A stretch of 64,000 nucleotides of DNA. It comes from Stegostoma tigrinum. Lineage: Eukaryota. The position numbers were made by a program, and so were the translations under genes. The notes beneath the pieces were generated by a model. The model had not been told where the DNA came from. It was given only the letters and a program-made list of their open reading frames with translations, and made no database searches. Where the stretch lies: contig NC_081387.1 in assembly GCF_030684315.1 (NCBI RefSeq), forward strand, positions 10,684,822 through 10,748,821, given 5' to 3'. Shown here piece after piece: positions 11,082-24,001 of the stretch (positions within the stretch are counted from its first letter, which is position 1; each line of letters opens with the position of its first letter).

Positions 11082-11652
11082 TGTATCCAAGCAGTTCTTT
11101 TCCGATTCGGTAAACATAAGTAAGAGAAGGCTCAACTACAATTTGCTTAAATATGAATGTTTATTAAGTAATAATAAACAAGTACAATGGTAAAAATAAG
11201 TGGAAGAGAAAAGGAAGAAAAGCAAGTCTCATGCCCTCCTGTCCGTCAGGGGCCCCTTGATCAATGGCTGTACCAGAGGCTTCAGTTTGTTCCTGGCACC
11301 ATTCACAATGCCAAGCTAAGGCGAAGCCCTGCCCTTTGGAATGAAACACTCTCTCCCTTATACAGTGTAATGAACATCCAGCACAAAGAAAGCAGATCAA
11401 AAAGACAACACTGCTGCTTGGCTCAGAAATACAGGATGGGAAAACAAGCGCAGGTGTCATCTCCACCTCGGGAGGGAACGTACATAGGACCTATTCAAGG
11501 TCATGCAGCTCGTCAACAATTATTCTCAACTTTCCCATCCCGTGTAGTCTATTTTCCCACACAGCTGTCGAATATCATCATCACCTTTTAGTCCTTCAGC
11601 CCATTCTATCCACATGGGTGCAACGTGAATGCTTCCTCTTGATTTGAGCACA
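11082..11652. mobile_element. Solo-LTR-like repeat (second copy at 41529-42307)
   Basis: Both copies start TGTATCCAAGCAGTTCTTTT and end GAGCACA, with colinear internal similarity. Confidence 0.6.
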
Positions 11653-11825
11653 GAACACTGGTTAAACATCATTGCCGATTCGAGGGAATTTAAGAGAAAG
11701 TTATATATGCAAGGAGGAAATCCAGAGGGAGTGGTTGAATAGGATAGTACAGATGCGTTCATGGTGAAACTAAGCAGCAATACAAGGGAGAAGGGAGTAG
11801 TTAATTATGCTGCTATGGTTCTGTT

Positions 11826-12125
11826 GACGGTGGCTCAGTGGTTAGCACTGCTGCCTTACATTACCTGAGTTCAATCCCAGCCTTGGGCAACAGTCTGTGT
11901 GGAGTTTACATATTCTTTCTTTCTCTCTCTCTCTCTGTGAGTTTCCTCTCGGTGCACCAGTTTTCTCCTACAGTCCAAAGATGTACAGGTTAGGTGGATT
12001 GGACGTTGAAAATGATGGGTTACAGAGGTAGGATGGGATTTGTGTATGAATCAGCTTCTGTTTGGAGGGTCAGTGCAGACCCAATGGGCTGAATGGCCTC
12101 TTTCTGCATTGTAGGCATTCTGTGT
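11826..12125 (+). mobile_element. HE1-type SINE
   Basis: CGGTGGCTCAGTGGTTAGCACTGCTGCC head, GTTCAATCCC B-box, ACAGTCCAAAGATGTACAGG body. Confidence 0.8.
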
Positions 12126-12261
12126 GAAATTCACATGAGTTTAGTTGGGAGGGGGCCTGAGTGGAGCTTAGTCACTAGAACTATAATAAGTGGGTGGAAT
12201 GATCTGTGTAATCCTTATTCCCTGTCTCAGGCACATTGTGCCTCTCCTCTCTGTCTTACAG

Positions 12262-12366
12262 TGCTAGAGTTTCACTCCCAGGTTTTTGTTGCTATTGGGA
12301 TTTTACTTGGAGTACTCATAGTCATCACAGTCCTTCTCACAGTTGTCATCATCTACAAAGAGAAAG
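12262..12366 (+). CDS. MHC class I connecting peptide/transmembrane exon
   Basis: Acceptor tcttacAG at 12261 and donor GTAAGA at 12367; phase 1/1. VLEFHSQ-VFVAIGILLGVLIVITVLLTVVII-YKEK is a hydrophobic helix plus basic stop-transfer, in frame with alpha3. Confidence 0.9.
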
Positions 12367-13242
12367 GTAAGATCCTACACAAAATGTGGTAGGGCCCCAC
12401 TAGATTTGGAGAGCTGTGGTGGGCGTGGGTGGGGGGCAGGTGCTTGGGGCAGCTCTGAACCGTGGAAGTTAAGGGCTCAGGGTTTTGGTGGAGCTGCTCA
12501 GGGAGGTGAGGTGGTCCCAGGGCAACTTGGTGGTTGGGGATTGCCTCAGGCCATGGGGCCCATGGGCTAACTGTAGTGACTCACCAGGGGTTTGAGGTGT
12601 TGAAGTGATTCAGCTTCGAGGGTCAACAGGGCAGGGGCTGGGGAAGGTTTTGTAAGTGCTTAGGTTGTGAGAGGCAGTCTCACTGTCTGCAGAGAGTACT
12701 TCAGGGTGGAGTCCACTCTGGTAGGGAGGCTGGAGTTACCAAACCTCGATGTCTCATCATATGACTAAGCCATGCTGCAGCCATTTGTTGGTCATTCCAT
12801 CCTCTTATTGCATCATTGCCTTCCTGCACCAATCAGAAAGCAAGAAGACATCTTATGGATAGTGCAGCCTCAGGGACATCCCATCCTCCTTGGGGGCTTT
12901 GCGGGCTGGCAGGGTCGGTGTGGGGGTTTTGGATAACAGACTTCCAGGGTGTCCCCATCTTCCTCAGGAGAGTCTCAAGTCAGTTAAGGGAGCACTGGGT
13001 GGGTGCAAGGGCTCCAGGCTCTGGGTTGAATGTTGTGTTTTCGAGACGTAGGCTCCCATGGTCAGGAATGGGTTTCAGTTTGGCAGATGCACTCGGTTCA
13101 CTCGGGAGGGTGGGAGAGAATGATGGGAGACTGAAGACGAGACATTCAGGTGTGCGGGGCGAGTGACAGGGTCAGGTCCGTGGGGAGGGAGGAGGTAATT
13201 GTAGGAGTGAGGGGCTCAGGTCCAATGGGAGCAAGGGGCCTT

Positions 13243-13510
13243 AAAGTCATTGAGATGTACAGCACAGAAACGGACCATTCGTTCCAACTCATCAATGCTG
13301 ACCAGATATCCTCAATTAATCTAGACCCATTTGCCAGCATTTGGCCCATATCCCTCTAAACCCTTCCTCTTCACGTACACATCCAGATGCCCTTTAAATG
13401 TTATAATTGTACTCAGCTCCATGACCACCTCTGGCAGCTCATTCCATATATGCATTACCTTCTGCATGAAAAAGTTGTTCCTTCAGTCTCTTTTATATCT
13501 TTCCCCTCTC
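13243..13510 (-). mobile_element. CR1 LINE 3' fragment
   Basis: Same tail as 8730-9200 (ATGCCCTTTAAATGTT...CTCTGGCAGCTCATTCCA). Confidence 0.8.
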
Positions 13511-13927
13511 AGTCAGGTACATGTGGGAGCAAAGGAGTGTGAGGGCGAGGTCATCGAAAGAATGAGAACCATGGTTTCAGGTCGAAGTGAGGAGTAACAG
13601 GATGGAATGAGAGGTGGGGGGGTTTGGTGTGAATTTATAAGTCAGGGTGTGGTGGGAGCAGTGGGAGTAATGGAGAAGAAGTGAAGTGCGAGGGGCAACA
13701 GGGTGAGGTGAAGGTAAGATGGCACAAGGTGAGTTGGGAGTTAGAGGCAGCAGTAAGAGAAAGAGGGAGCGGTGGTGTCAGTGGGAGTGGACGCCCAGTA
13801 TTAATGTGGAGCTGGACCCAATGAGAGAAGTGTCCACCCTTTTCCTTTGACTGGGCATTCTCAACAGTTTCCTGTCTAACAACATACTGACAAAAAATCA
13901 ATCACTGAACTTTCCTTGTTTTTACAG

Positions 13928-13960
13928 CGAGAAGGAAGAGTGACTACATCACTACACACA
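13928..13960 (+). CDS. MHC class I cytoplasmic exon 1 (exon-6 equivalent)
   Basis: Polypyrimidine tract + ttacAG at 13927 and donor GTAAGC at 13961; 33 bp, phase 1/1. Encodes ARRKSDYITTH with the class I tail Tyr. Confidence 0.85.
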
Positions 13961-14086
13961 GTAAGCTGAATGTGAACTATCCTTTGGATCTCTGTGTGGC
14001 CATATCAATGTCCATTCTGTGACTGAAACACTCAACTGCTGATTCTCCTCTGTCCATGTGTCTCTCTCTATCTCGATATCTCTGAC

Positions 14087-14112
14087 TGCGTGTGTGTGTG
14101 TGCGCGCGCGCG
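14087..14112. repeat. (TG)n(CG)5 alternating purine-pyrimidine microsatellite
   Basis: TGCGTGTGTGTGTGTGCGCGCGCGCG read directly. Confidence 0.9.
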
Positions 14113-14193
14113 AGACACTTCCTGTTGCCCCTTGTGTCTTGTGTGCTGGATGTGATGTTGAAAATTTTTAATACCTCCTCCTTCCATTAACAG

Positions 14194-14240
14194 CTTCTGA
14201 TGATTTGATGTCCTCAGTGAGTTCCGTCGCCAGTTCCTGA
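14194..14240 (+). CDS. MHC class I cytoplasmic exon 2 with stop codon (exon-7 equivalent; exon ends at 14241)
   Basis: Acceptor ccattaacAG at 14193 and donor GTATGA at 14242; 48-bp exon encoding TSDDLMSSVSSVASS* (TGA at 14238-14240), a Ser-rich class I-type tail. Confidence 0.8.
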
Positions 14241-15563
14241 GGTATGAATAGTTTAAGCCAATAGTAAGAGCAGATCATTGTAACTGGGATACGGGAGCTG
14301 GTGTTAACTGTACGATCTAAAGGGTGGATTTCAACCTCAATTTCTCTCTCTCTCTGTGCGATCACTAAAGACCAGCTCATGCAGTTCAACGCTGAGCTTT
14401 CAGACTGACATCAGAGGGCTGCCCCTATGTGAGTCTGAACCTCAAAGTATCTTTGAGGGGTGATGTTTGGTTATAGAAATATCACATCCTGGATGTGGCC
14501 TCCTGTCAGCTGCTTGACTTCCTGAAGGGAGTTGATTCTCTAGGAGTTCTCATTGCAGTTTGTTCCTGGAGTTTCACATTGCTTTCCCAAGATTATGAAT
14601 TATTGGGCGTTTGTGCAAAGCTGTGTGGTGGGTGGGGTCTGGATCTGATGGAGAAATTGCAGCAGTTCCGGAAATTAGACCATGAGGAATTAAAGTCTTA
14701 CAACACAGAAACATACCCGTCGGTCCAGCTAATCAATGTCAACCAATTTTTCCAATTTAAGCTCGTCCTTTTAGCCTATATTTGGCCCATATCCCATTAA
14801 ACCTTTCCTATTCATGTGTTGGCCAAACATCTTTTAAATGTTGTAACGGTAGCTACACTTACCACTTCCTCGTGCCGTTCATTCCTCATACGAACCATGA
14901 TCTTGGAGGGAGTGCAGTGTCATCAGACCAGAATGAAACCTTAAATTCCAAGGAGAAATTAAACAAACTAAGGCCTTGTTCACTGAAATCTTGCAGGTTA
15001 AGGGCTGGTTTGCTCGATGCTTTTGAGGTATTAAGGGAAATAGCTATTTTGACAGAGGGAAACTTTCAGTTGTTTGGGGAGTTTCAAAGACTCGGTCCAA
15101 ACGTTTACTCATCGAAAGTGCAAATAAGAAGCTCTTCCACACGAAAAGGGTGGGAAATGGTTGCAACACCAATCCTCAAAATGTAATTGACATTAAATGA
15201 ACTGTTAATGAATCTGTGAACAGAAAACTATAAACCTCCAAAGGAGGGAAATCAAGGAAAGGTCAACACATTTGAAGATAGGCCAGAGATCCTCCATGAT
15301 CATAATATATTCAGGGGTTAAGAGGTTTCCTGCCCTGCCATTCCCTGCTCTGGGAATTTTGCACATACAATGGATCTTGGTCAGCTGGCTTATTTCCAAT
15401 GGGTTTTGTTGTGGGGTTTTGATTTGTTTTCAATTTGTTCATAGGCTGTAGCTTGTTAATTGTCCTTCCCGGATTTATTCCAGATTGCCATTGCATTTAC
15501 TGAGGTCTCAGGTCTGCTCTTTATTCCCTCACTCAGTAACCATCGTTTCTTCCTCTTCCGCAG

Positions 15564-16820
15564 TCGCCTCCCATATCCGACTGGGAATCCACAGATGCCA
15601 TTTCCCAAGTTCAGTGACGGAAGCCAAGGAGAGATTCATGGAGGACTGATTCCTGCTCAATCTCAAATTCTGGCATGTTTTGTCAATCTGATTCCAAATC
15701 GTGGCAATGTTAACATTTCACTGTGAAGCCCTGCCCTGCTAATGTTTAAGCGATATGATCATGTTTGACCCCGTTCACAGGCTGTTCATCAGTGTGATAG
15801 TGCCAGGCCTCAAATTAAATACCTCTGCACCTTTAAGACTCAAATAGCCCTTTCTTATAGTAACAGAACATGTCAATTCTTGTCGAGACTGATGGATTGA
15901 TTGAACCCAAACATGACCTTAATGTGACGTTATCTGTCCAAGTGCAAGAGAGGACCAGACGACAGCATCTCAGGATAAAGGGACAGTAATTTAAGACTGA
16001 ATTGAGGAGGAGTAACTTCTCTCCAAGGCTTTGTAATTCTTTGCTGCAGAGAGCTATGGGAGCAGAGTCCTTGTGCATATTTAAAGCTGACATAGATCTA
16101 TGTGGAATGAATCAACATTTATGGGGAGAAAGGAGGAACGTCGATGTGAAGAGTGTTTTTCCCACTGAATAGCGGAGCAAGCTCAAGGAACGGAAGGGAA
16201 TACTTCTGTTTCTCTTTGTTATGGTCTTATAAGCCTTATATCACAAGCTCTTCTCCTTGCCCAGGTCAAGTCACTATCTCGGAATCTCTTGACATCACAT
16301 GTTCACCACATTCAGTCAAGCACCCAGTGCTGTGTCTGGCCCTAAAGCAGGGACATGGTGGTGTGCAGTGCTCCTGCCTGGAATTCAAGGCTCCACCACT
16401 CTCTCCAGGCCCCTCAGATTCTCCTCACATTCTTATCTTTTTGAATAAAAGCACAGTACTGTGGATGTTGGAAATCTGAAGCAAACAAAGGGAACTCTGG
16501 AGAAGCTCAGCAGGTGTAGCAGCATCTGTGGAGAGAAAATGCAGAGGTAACATTTCAAGTCCAATCTGAGTCTTCTTCAGAATTGGAGAGGTGAAAGGAA
16601 TGAATTCTTCTGGTCAGCAATCTAGTCATGTCTGACTCGAGACGTTAACTCTGTTTCTCTCTTCACAGATGCTGCCTGAGATTTTCGGTATTTTATGTAT
16701 TTGATTCTTTTCAGTCAGGCTGCAGCCTTCATCTTCCATTTCTGACAGATTTTTTTTTGTTTTTAATCGTTTGGGATCTTCCAAAATTCCCACAGTCAAT
16801 AAAATGTTTTGTCAACAAAG
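15564..16820 (+). other. Probable terminal 3'UTR exon of the MHC class I gene (end uncertain)
   Basis: Strong acceptor tttcttcctcttccgcAG at 15563; AATAAA at 16444-16449 and 16798-16803. Confidence 0.45.
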
Positions 16821-17257
16821 GCTTCAAACTATGTTGAATAGCACTGCTATATCACCGCGCCAGTGATGCAGGTTTGATTCCTCCCTTGAGTGACTATATG
16901 TGTGGTTGGACATTCTCTCCAGTTTCCTCCAACAGTCTATAGTTGTGCAGATTAGGTGGATTGGCCATGCTAAATATCCCACAGTGTCCAGGGATGTGCA
17001 GGCCATGTGGATTAGCTATGGGAAATGTTGGGTAAAAGGGATAGGGTAGGGAGTTTGTCTGGGTGAGGTGCTCTCCAGACAGTTGGCATGGACCCGAAGG
17101 GCCAAATTGCCAGCTTCCATAATGTAGGAAATTCAGTGTTTCCCATTGACTCTCCTTTGGGCTGCTTTAGTGAGGGCAGAGTGCAAACAGCGATTAACAC
17201 TGTGTGTTAACACTAAGTGTAGTGAGACCAATTCCGAGCCAACATCAGTGAGAATTC

Positions 17258-17826
17258 CAGATAACAAAGTGTGGAGCTGGATAAACACAGCAGGCCAAGC
17301 AGCATCTTAGGAGCACAAAAGCTGACATTTCGGGCCTAGATTCTTCATCAGAAAAGGGATTTGGGCAGAGGGTTCTGAAATAAATAGGGAGAGAGGGGGA
17401 GGCAGCCCGAAGATAGATAGAGGAGAATGTAGGTGGAGAGGGGAGTATAGGTGGGGAGGTCCCTAGCCTGTTCTTCCTCTCACCTCTCCCCTCCTCCCAC
17501 CTCAAGCTGCACCTCCATTTCCTACCTACTAACCTCATCCTGTCCCCTTGACCTGTCCGTCCTCCCCGGACTGTTCTATCCCCTCCCTACCTCCCCACCT
17601 ATACTCTCCTCTCCACCTGTCTTCTCCTCTATCCATCTTTGTTCCACCTCCCCCTCTCTCCCTATTTATTTCAGAACCCTCTCCCCATCCCCCTTTTCTG
17701 ATGAAGGATCTAGGCCCGAAACGTCAGCCTTTGTGCTCCTAAGATACTGCTTGGCCTGCTGTGTTCATCCAGCTCCACACTTTGTTATCCCGGATTCTCC
17801 ATCATCTGCAGTTCCCATTATCTCTG
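17258..17826. mobile_element. Penelope-like inverted pseudo-LTR pair
   Basis: Minus arm (~17258-17460) and plus arm (~17461-17826), each with a hammerhead-like core (17351-17322 and 17698-17727). 14-bp flanking repeat ATCAGTGAGAATTC at 17244 and 17827. Confidence 0.8.
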
Positions 17827-19369
17827 ATCAGTGAGAATTCTTGCTGCTTCTTGCTCCTGGCGACCAGCTTTCAAGCTGCTTCACTTTCCATTCCTGACCC
17901 TGGAGGCTCAAATGGCAAGGAGATTCACGGGAACAGGGAGAATAAGATAGGGGGATGGAAAGGGAGGGTTCAGCAGTGAGATCTGAGTGGTGCCCATTCC
18001 TCTCCACCCAATCCTTGCCACAATTGGCCCCAAACCCGGCAAGCAGTTTGTCCTTGTTCTCCGGCTGGGAGACCAGCCACGTCTCTTCCCTCCTGGCAAG
18101 GCAGTTACCCAGGCTCTTCATTTTGCTTCTTAATTGGCCATTGATGACGGATAAAGAAGTCAGCCACAGACATTGACACTGAACTTTAGTCACTGAGTTA
18201 GTGAGATGCGTGTCTGTTGGGCCAAATTGTACAATATTTGCCCTTCCTAACATCTTCCTTGCAACTTCAGAGGAGCTTCCAATCACGCATTATAATTCCT
18301 GCGCAAGAATCACTTTTTCAAATCGCAGCTAGTGAAAACTCTCTAATTAAAACTGACCTGAAAGTCATTTCACGAGACTGAAGCATGTGAATCAGGTGTC
18401 ACGAAATTGAAGGAGTTTGCAATCGATCACTTTATTTAAATTACTATTTTTAATAAGAGAATGTAGCAATTTTCAAGTATTTTAACAGAAACAGCGTATG
18501 CAATAAACCATTTGGATGTTTGATTTTACTATTTTCAAATCGAGTTTTCTTTTTTCCCTTTAAGTTTGTCTTCCTATTTATTTTTACAGTAACTGAGCTT
18601 CCTTCTAAGCCTGCTGGCTCTGTACCATTATCAGGTCAAAATCAATGCATCTTTTGGGGAAGATTTTGATTCCTTTTAGGTTCAAATGAGCAAGAACCAT
18701 TAATGACAATAAACAAATTGCTTGCAGAGGTTTCAAAAGGGAAGTTGGTGCTTGTCAATGGACTTTAAAATTTTTGAGGAGATTGCGGACGTGGAAAATG
18801 TGTTAGATGTAGACCGGAGGATATTTAAGAAACACGTAAGTTACCACATGGGGGTGATAAGAGAATATTAAATTAGTACTTTGTGTCAGTCTTCACCCAA
18901 AAGACAGCTTTAACAGGAGCACAATGTCCTTGTACCATTTGAGCCGGTCATTCCAGATTCAGACCTGGAATGATGAAAACTTACACGTTACATCTTGAGG
19001 TCCTGCCCAGCACCTCAAGCAATGGTTCCGGCCTTTGACATTTCAATTGTTTCCATGCAGAAGTGGGCCACCCTGAGCAAGTGGATGACCGGAGGCATTG
19101 TCAATAGTCCCATTTTAGAGTTGAAACAGCAGAATGAAGACGCTTATGTGCGCAAATCTCTGGAAGTGTCCGAACTAATTGAGAATAGCTGCCAAAAAAG
19201 CGCAAAGTACTCCTGAACTTTAAGACCTACCAGAAGATCTGGTAGGAGAAGCCGTGACCTAGTGGTAGCGTTGTTAGATTATTAATGCAGAAACATGTTT
19301 GGGAAGCATGGGTTTAAATCCTGCCATGGCAGATAGTAGAATTTGGATTCAAAACTGTTGTTTCATTCA

Positions 19370-20900
19370 TCGCAATGATTTGGATGTGAATATTGGTGGT
19401 GTAGTGGACAGTGAAGAAGGTTATCGCAGAGTATTTCAGGACATTGATTAGATGGGCTACCGAGTGGCAGAGGGAGATCAATTTAGATAAATATGAGCTG
19501 TTGCATTTTGGTAAGGCAAATAAGGGCAGGACTTATACACTTAATGGTAGGGATCTGGGGAACATTGCTGCATAAGGAGTCTTTGTGGTGCAGGCTCGCA
19601 GGTGTTTGGAAAGTGGAGTCACAAGTAGACAGTGTAGTGAAGAAGGCTTAACTTTATTGGCCAATGCATTGAATATAGGAGTTGGGAAGTCATGTTGCAA
19701 CTACACAGGATTTTAGTGAGGCCAGTTTGGATACCTGCATTCAGTTCTGATGTCCCTGCTGTAAGGAGTGCAAGAAAAGATTTACAAGGATGTTGCGGGG
19801 TTTGGAGGGTTTTAGATATAGGGAGAGGCAAAATCGGCTGGAACTATCTTCTTTGGAGCATTGGAGGTGGAAGGGTGACCTCAGACACTTATAAAATCAC
19901 AAGGAGAATGGATACAGTGAATGGTAATTTTTTTTTCCCAGGGTAGGACAGTCTAAAACTAGAGGACACAGATTTAAGGTGAAGGGGGAATGATTTAAAA
20001 GGAACATAAGGGGCAAAATTTTCACATAGAGAGTGACACAAGTATGGACCAAGCTGCCAGAGGAAGTGGTGGCGTCTGGTACAAATTACAAAATATGAAA
20101 GGCATTTGGATGGGTATATGAATTGGAAAGGCTTAGAGGGCTTATGGGCCCAAAATGCTGGCACATGGGGCTAGGTTGTTTTAGGATATCCGGTCAGCAT
20201 AGATGAGTTGGCTGTGTTGTGGACCAGACAAAATCCCCTCAACATGTTTGAAGAAGATGGCCTCGGCCTTAACTTTTTCTTATTTTATTGGTAGATGTGA
20301 AATACGTGTTACAGATGTGATGCTACTGGTTAAACTACTTGATGTTAAGCAAAAAATCATTTTATTTAAACACTATAATTAAAATACAAACAAATGAAAG
20401 AGGAATTTAGAATAACGTAACGATTGGAAAATTTAGATGAATAATTGATGCAGTACCTCTTACTAATTAACTCTTCCAAAATAGTAGCACCCCAGAAGCA
20501 CACTTCTTGGTTGAAAGGCAAAATCAGATGCAGTTTCTTACAATTCAGGAGGAAACAACATTAAGGGAGATGTCAGATAGTCACTGCTAGGAATCATTTA
20601 CTGAGGCTTCCAACTCTTCTGGAACCCCAAACTACTTCTCACTACTAGAGGTAAAAAACAGAGAAAACTTGGTCTGTGTGAGCTGGCCACTCGCCTTCCA
20701 TTGTTACAATCTTTTAAGGGAAAAACCGAAACGATCTAAATTGTTTACTTAGGCAATTTTCAGAAGGCGGCTCTACACCTCTGACTTTACAACTTCTCTT
20801 CAAAAGAACACATAAGGACAAAATAACCTTTTTAAAGTGACAGCATCATCACAACTGAATGATCTATTCCTGTGCTTTGCAACTCTATGACTCTCTGACT
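19370..20900 (+). mobile_element. Degenerate CR1 LINE 3' part, interrupted at 20215-20853 by a solo LTR
   Basis: CR1 RT C-terminal region and tail. The tail resumes after the insertion (..GAGTTG|..|ACTGAATG..CTCTATGACTCT). Confidence 0.8.
20215..20853. mobile_element. Solo LTR (639 bp) nested in a CR1 tail
   Basis: TGTTGTG...CATCACA termini; flanking 4-mers GCTG/ACTG (decayed target-site duplication). Confidence 0.7.
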
Positions 20901-21303
20901 GAATCTGGATCTAAGGTCTAATGATGACCATGAAACCATTTTAGATTGTTGGAGAAGCCAATCAGGTTTATTAAAACCATTTAGAGAAAGAAATTTGCCA
21001 TCCTTACCTGGTCTTGTCTACTTGTGACTCCAGAGCTATAGCCATGTGGTTGACTCTTAACAGCTCTCTGGGCAATGGGAGATAGGCAATAAACTTTGGC
21101 CTAGACAGAGACCTCCACATTCCATGAGTGAATTTAAAAAAGTGTATTCCTATATTGAAAAGTGAAACACTTAAATGGTGGAGATCTGTAGCTGACACAG
21201 AAAATGCTGGAGAAACTCATAAGGTCCAGCAGCATTTGTGGAGAGTGAATGAGTTGACATTTTGATTCCAATATGGACCTTCTTCAGAACTGAGAACCAG
21301 GAA

Positions 21304-21625
21304 TGGCACGGTGGCTCAGTGGTGAGCACTGCTGCCTCACAGCGCCAGGGACCCAGGTTGATTCCACCCTCGGACAACTGACTGTGTGGAGTTTGCACAT
21401 TCTCCCCATGTCTGTGTGGGTTTCTTCTGTGTGCTCTGGTTTCCTTCCACAGTCCAACAATGTGCAGGTTAGCTGGATTGGCCATGTCAAATTGCCCATA
21501 GTATTCAGGGGCGTGTAGATTAGGTGAGTTATAGGGGGATGGGACTGGGTGGGATGCTTGAAGAGTCGGTGTGGACTTGTTGGGCCGAAGGGCCTGTTTC
21601 CACACTATAGGGGTTCTTTGATTCT
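21304..21625 (+). mobile_element. HE1-type SINE
   Basis: TGGCACGGTGGCTCAGTGGTGAGCACTGCTGCCTCACAGCGCCAGGGACCCAGGTT head with a full body and tail. Confidence 0.88.
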
Positions 21626-21947
21626 ATGAAAGAGCCAAAGACGAACAAAGGAAATGAACTCAATCATCCAAAGGTAGTACATATCCACATATACAGGCTT
21701 GATCAAATGAGTGGCACATAGTCAAGCAATACATATTCCTGGAATGATCACCTCCAACAAGACAGAACCTAACCATCTCCCCTCGACTACCAATGATATT
21801 TCATCATTGAGTTCTCCACTATTAACATTCTGGGCACTTCTCTTTAGCAGAAATAGAACTGGAGAAACCCTATAAATACTGTACCCTGAAGAGCAGGATA
21901 GAGGCTAGGAATTCTACAGCAGATAAATCACTTCCTGATTCTCCAAA

Positions 21948-22153
21948 GACAGTAGGAACTGCAGATGCCGGAGAATCTGAGATAACAAGGTGTAGAGCTG
22001 GATGAACACAGCAGGCCAAGCAGCATCAGAGGAGCAGGAAGGCTGACATTTTGGACCTTTTTCTGAAGATGGGTCTAGGCCTGAAACACCAGCCTTCCTG
22101 CTCCTGTGATACTGCTTGGTCTGCTGTGTTCATTCCACTCTACACCTTGTTAT
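21948..22153. mobile_element. Penelope-derived hairpin insertion
   Basis: Inverted arms; flanking repeats CCTGATTCTCCAAA (21934) and CCTGATCCTCCAAA (22154). Confidence 0.75.
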
Positions 22154-23114
22154 CCTGATCCTCCAAATATTTGCCATCATCGCAAGTCAGGTCATGGTGA
22201 TTTTGGTAGTGGTCAACTTGCTCAGATGTGATTCAGAGCACTTCTGGGTGTAAAGGGAAAAAAAGAACAGGTACAGACTGGAAGAAGCAATGTCTGTCTC
22301 TATTTCACTACAGCAAGGTAAATCAAGCCTGGAAATAGTTATAATTTCCTGCCATTTGCTGAACGCTGTTGCCCCTAATGAGAGACTCTAAAAATGAACA
22401 ATTCTTGATGAACAAATCATCTATCTCTTTGGCAAAAAATGGAAAGATCTTGGAAGGAAAGAACAAAAGGCCTTGAAAATGAAATTAACACCTCATGGAC
22501 TGGTTTTGTTGAACTACATTTCACCAGCACATTTTCCATCAACCGTAACGTTTGATGATCTGTTTGTGTCTGTGTGCATATGGAAGCGTTTTTGAAGGGA
22601 GTTAGAGTTTTAACTGGCAAAGTTATCTGTTGATCGTTCATAGTTTTATTTACCTGTTTTGAGGACTTACTTTTTTGTCAGAAGCAGTAATACTTGTCGA
22701 GCACAGATCTCTGGCCTTAATCTGAGTCCAACAACAAGGTAAATTCGGAACTTTGTGTACTTTGATTAAATCATTTACTTTTGTGGTGACCCCAGAAGCA
22801 TTGGGACTTGAAGACCAGCACTCGTTCCCAAAATGGGTCAGAACAAATGTATGTTTCGATATTTCAGTGGGACCCTATCTCATTCAAACAAAAGCAAAAC
22901 AAGATGTAATCTATCAAACCAGTGCTCAGATTGAGATCGGATTCTCCCATATTAACATCAACCTAGATGAAAACATACATACAGCTGAGATCCCAAAATT
23001 GTGCATGTTCTTCAGTTACTTTAAATCTGGAGACTTAAAGAAGTCGCATTCATGCACAGGAGACATTGAGAACTCACCTCCAGGTGGTTCTCAATTGCTT
23101 CATTTATTAATTCA

Positions 23115-24001
23115 TCAAATAACTGTTGTGACAGTATGTTTCACCTTGCTCTTCAATTGTTCGCTGAATTTGGACTGAGTCACCATATAAATAAATGCGT
23201 TGGTGCAACAATTTAAACTGAGCAGCATAACTGCAACTTCTGCAAAGGTATGCATAGAATCATTGTAATATTCAGGGCTAATTCCGGTAATGACATAATA
23301 TAAGAAATCTATTACATGCATAAGCCACAGGAGAATGAAGCTGCCAGATATGGTGAAGAGTAGAATCATAGACTTTCTTCTATTCTCCATCTCTGGGTCA
23401 CTGCAGTTCTGTCCCTTGCTCTGATTCCTCAGTGCTTTCCGGACTTGACTTGTCACTATAATGTACTTGACTGTCAGGGCATTGAGCAACAGAATTAAAG
23501 CATATGGGATTAATGGGGTTAAGACCTTATCAAACCAGTCAAATGCCATCCATGCAGGATCAGTGAAGTAGCTTGGCTTTAAACTGCAGAACCAGGGAAT
23601 ATTGTCAATTATCACTTCATGTTCAATTAATAAGTAGAGGGGAATGCTTTTTAAGCAGAGAAGAATGCAGGTAGTTGTCTGAATGAGGGCTGCAATTCTT
23701 CCAGTGCAATATTTTGTTTTCAGCTTCTGACAACAAATGGCCACAAATCGATCGAAGGAGAAAGTGACGGTCAGCCAGACAGAACATTCTGAGGATGCAG
23801 AAATCAGGACAAAATTAATACTGCACACAGGGGTGATGTTGAGGAATGATTCTGGGGAATAATGTGAATTAATTCTCCTTAGTATAAATGCAGTGATAAC
23901 GACCAGTAAATCTGCTGCTGCCATGGCTATCAGGTAGCGAGTGGTGCAGGTGGACAGTCCACACTTTCTTCGTGACAAGATCACAATTGCCAGTAGATTA
24001 A
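23115..24001 (-). CDS. GPR139/GPR142-like class A GPCR, gene A, exon 2 (probable G-protein coupled receptor 139-like; intact, 316 aa with exon 1)
   Basis: Acceptor ttcctggcAG at 24002. VNLLAIVILSRRKCGLS...YLIAMAAADLL...SVWLTVTFSFDRFVAIC...ILLFTISGSFILLW...LNCCTNAFIY gives a 7TM pattern with GPR139-like motifs and an open frame to TGA at 23117-23115. Confidence 0.92.

Noticed and set aside
13940-14212. YxxPhi or acidic dileucine endocytosis motifs in the MHC tail
   Set aside because: YITT lacks the +3 hydrophobic residue, and DDLM does not fit [DE]xxxL[LI] or DxxLL spacing.
15460-15726. 88-aa ORF as an additional MHC coding exon
   Set aside because: The stop codon already lies at 14238-14240, and this frame does not match the phase-1 junction. 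Treated as 3'UTR.
21304-21380. tRNA-like sequence (also at ~5321, ~11826, ~30530)
   Set aside because: These are SINE heads continuing into the SINE body, with no complete cloverleaf.
22753-23178. 141-aa plus-strand ORF overlapping the GPCR 3' end
   Set aside because: It has a non-ATG start, no recognisable domain and no splice support. Likely a chance antisense ORF in the 3'UTR.
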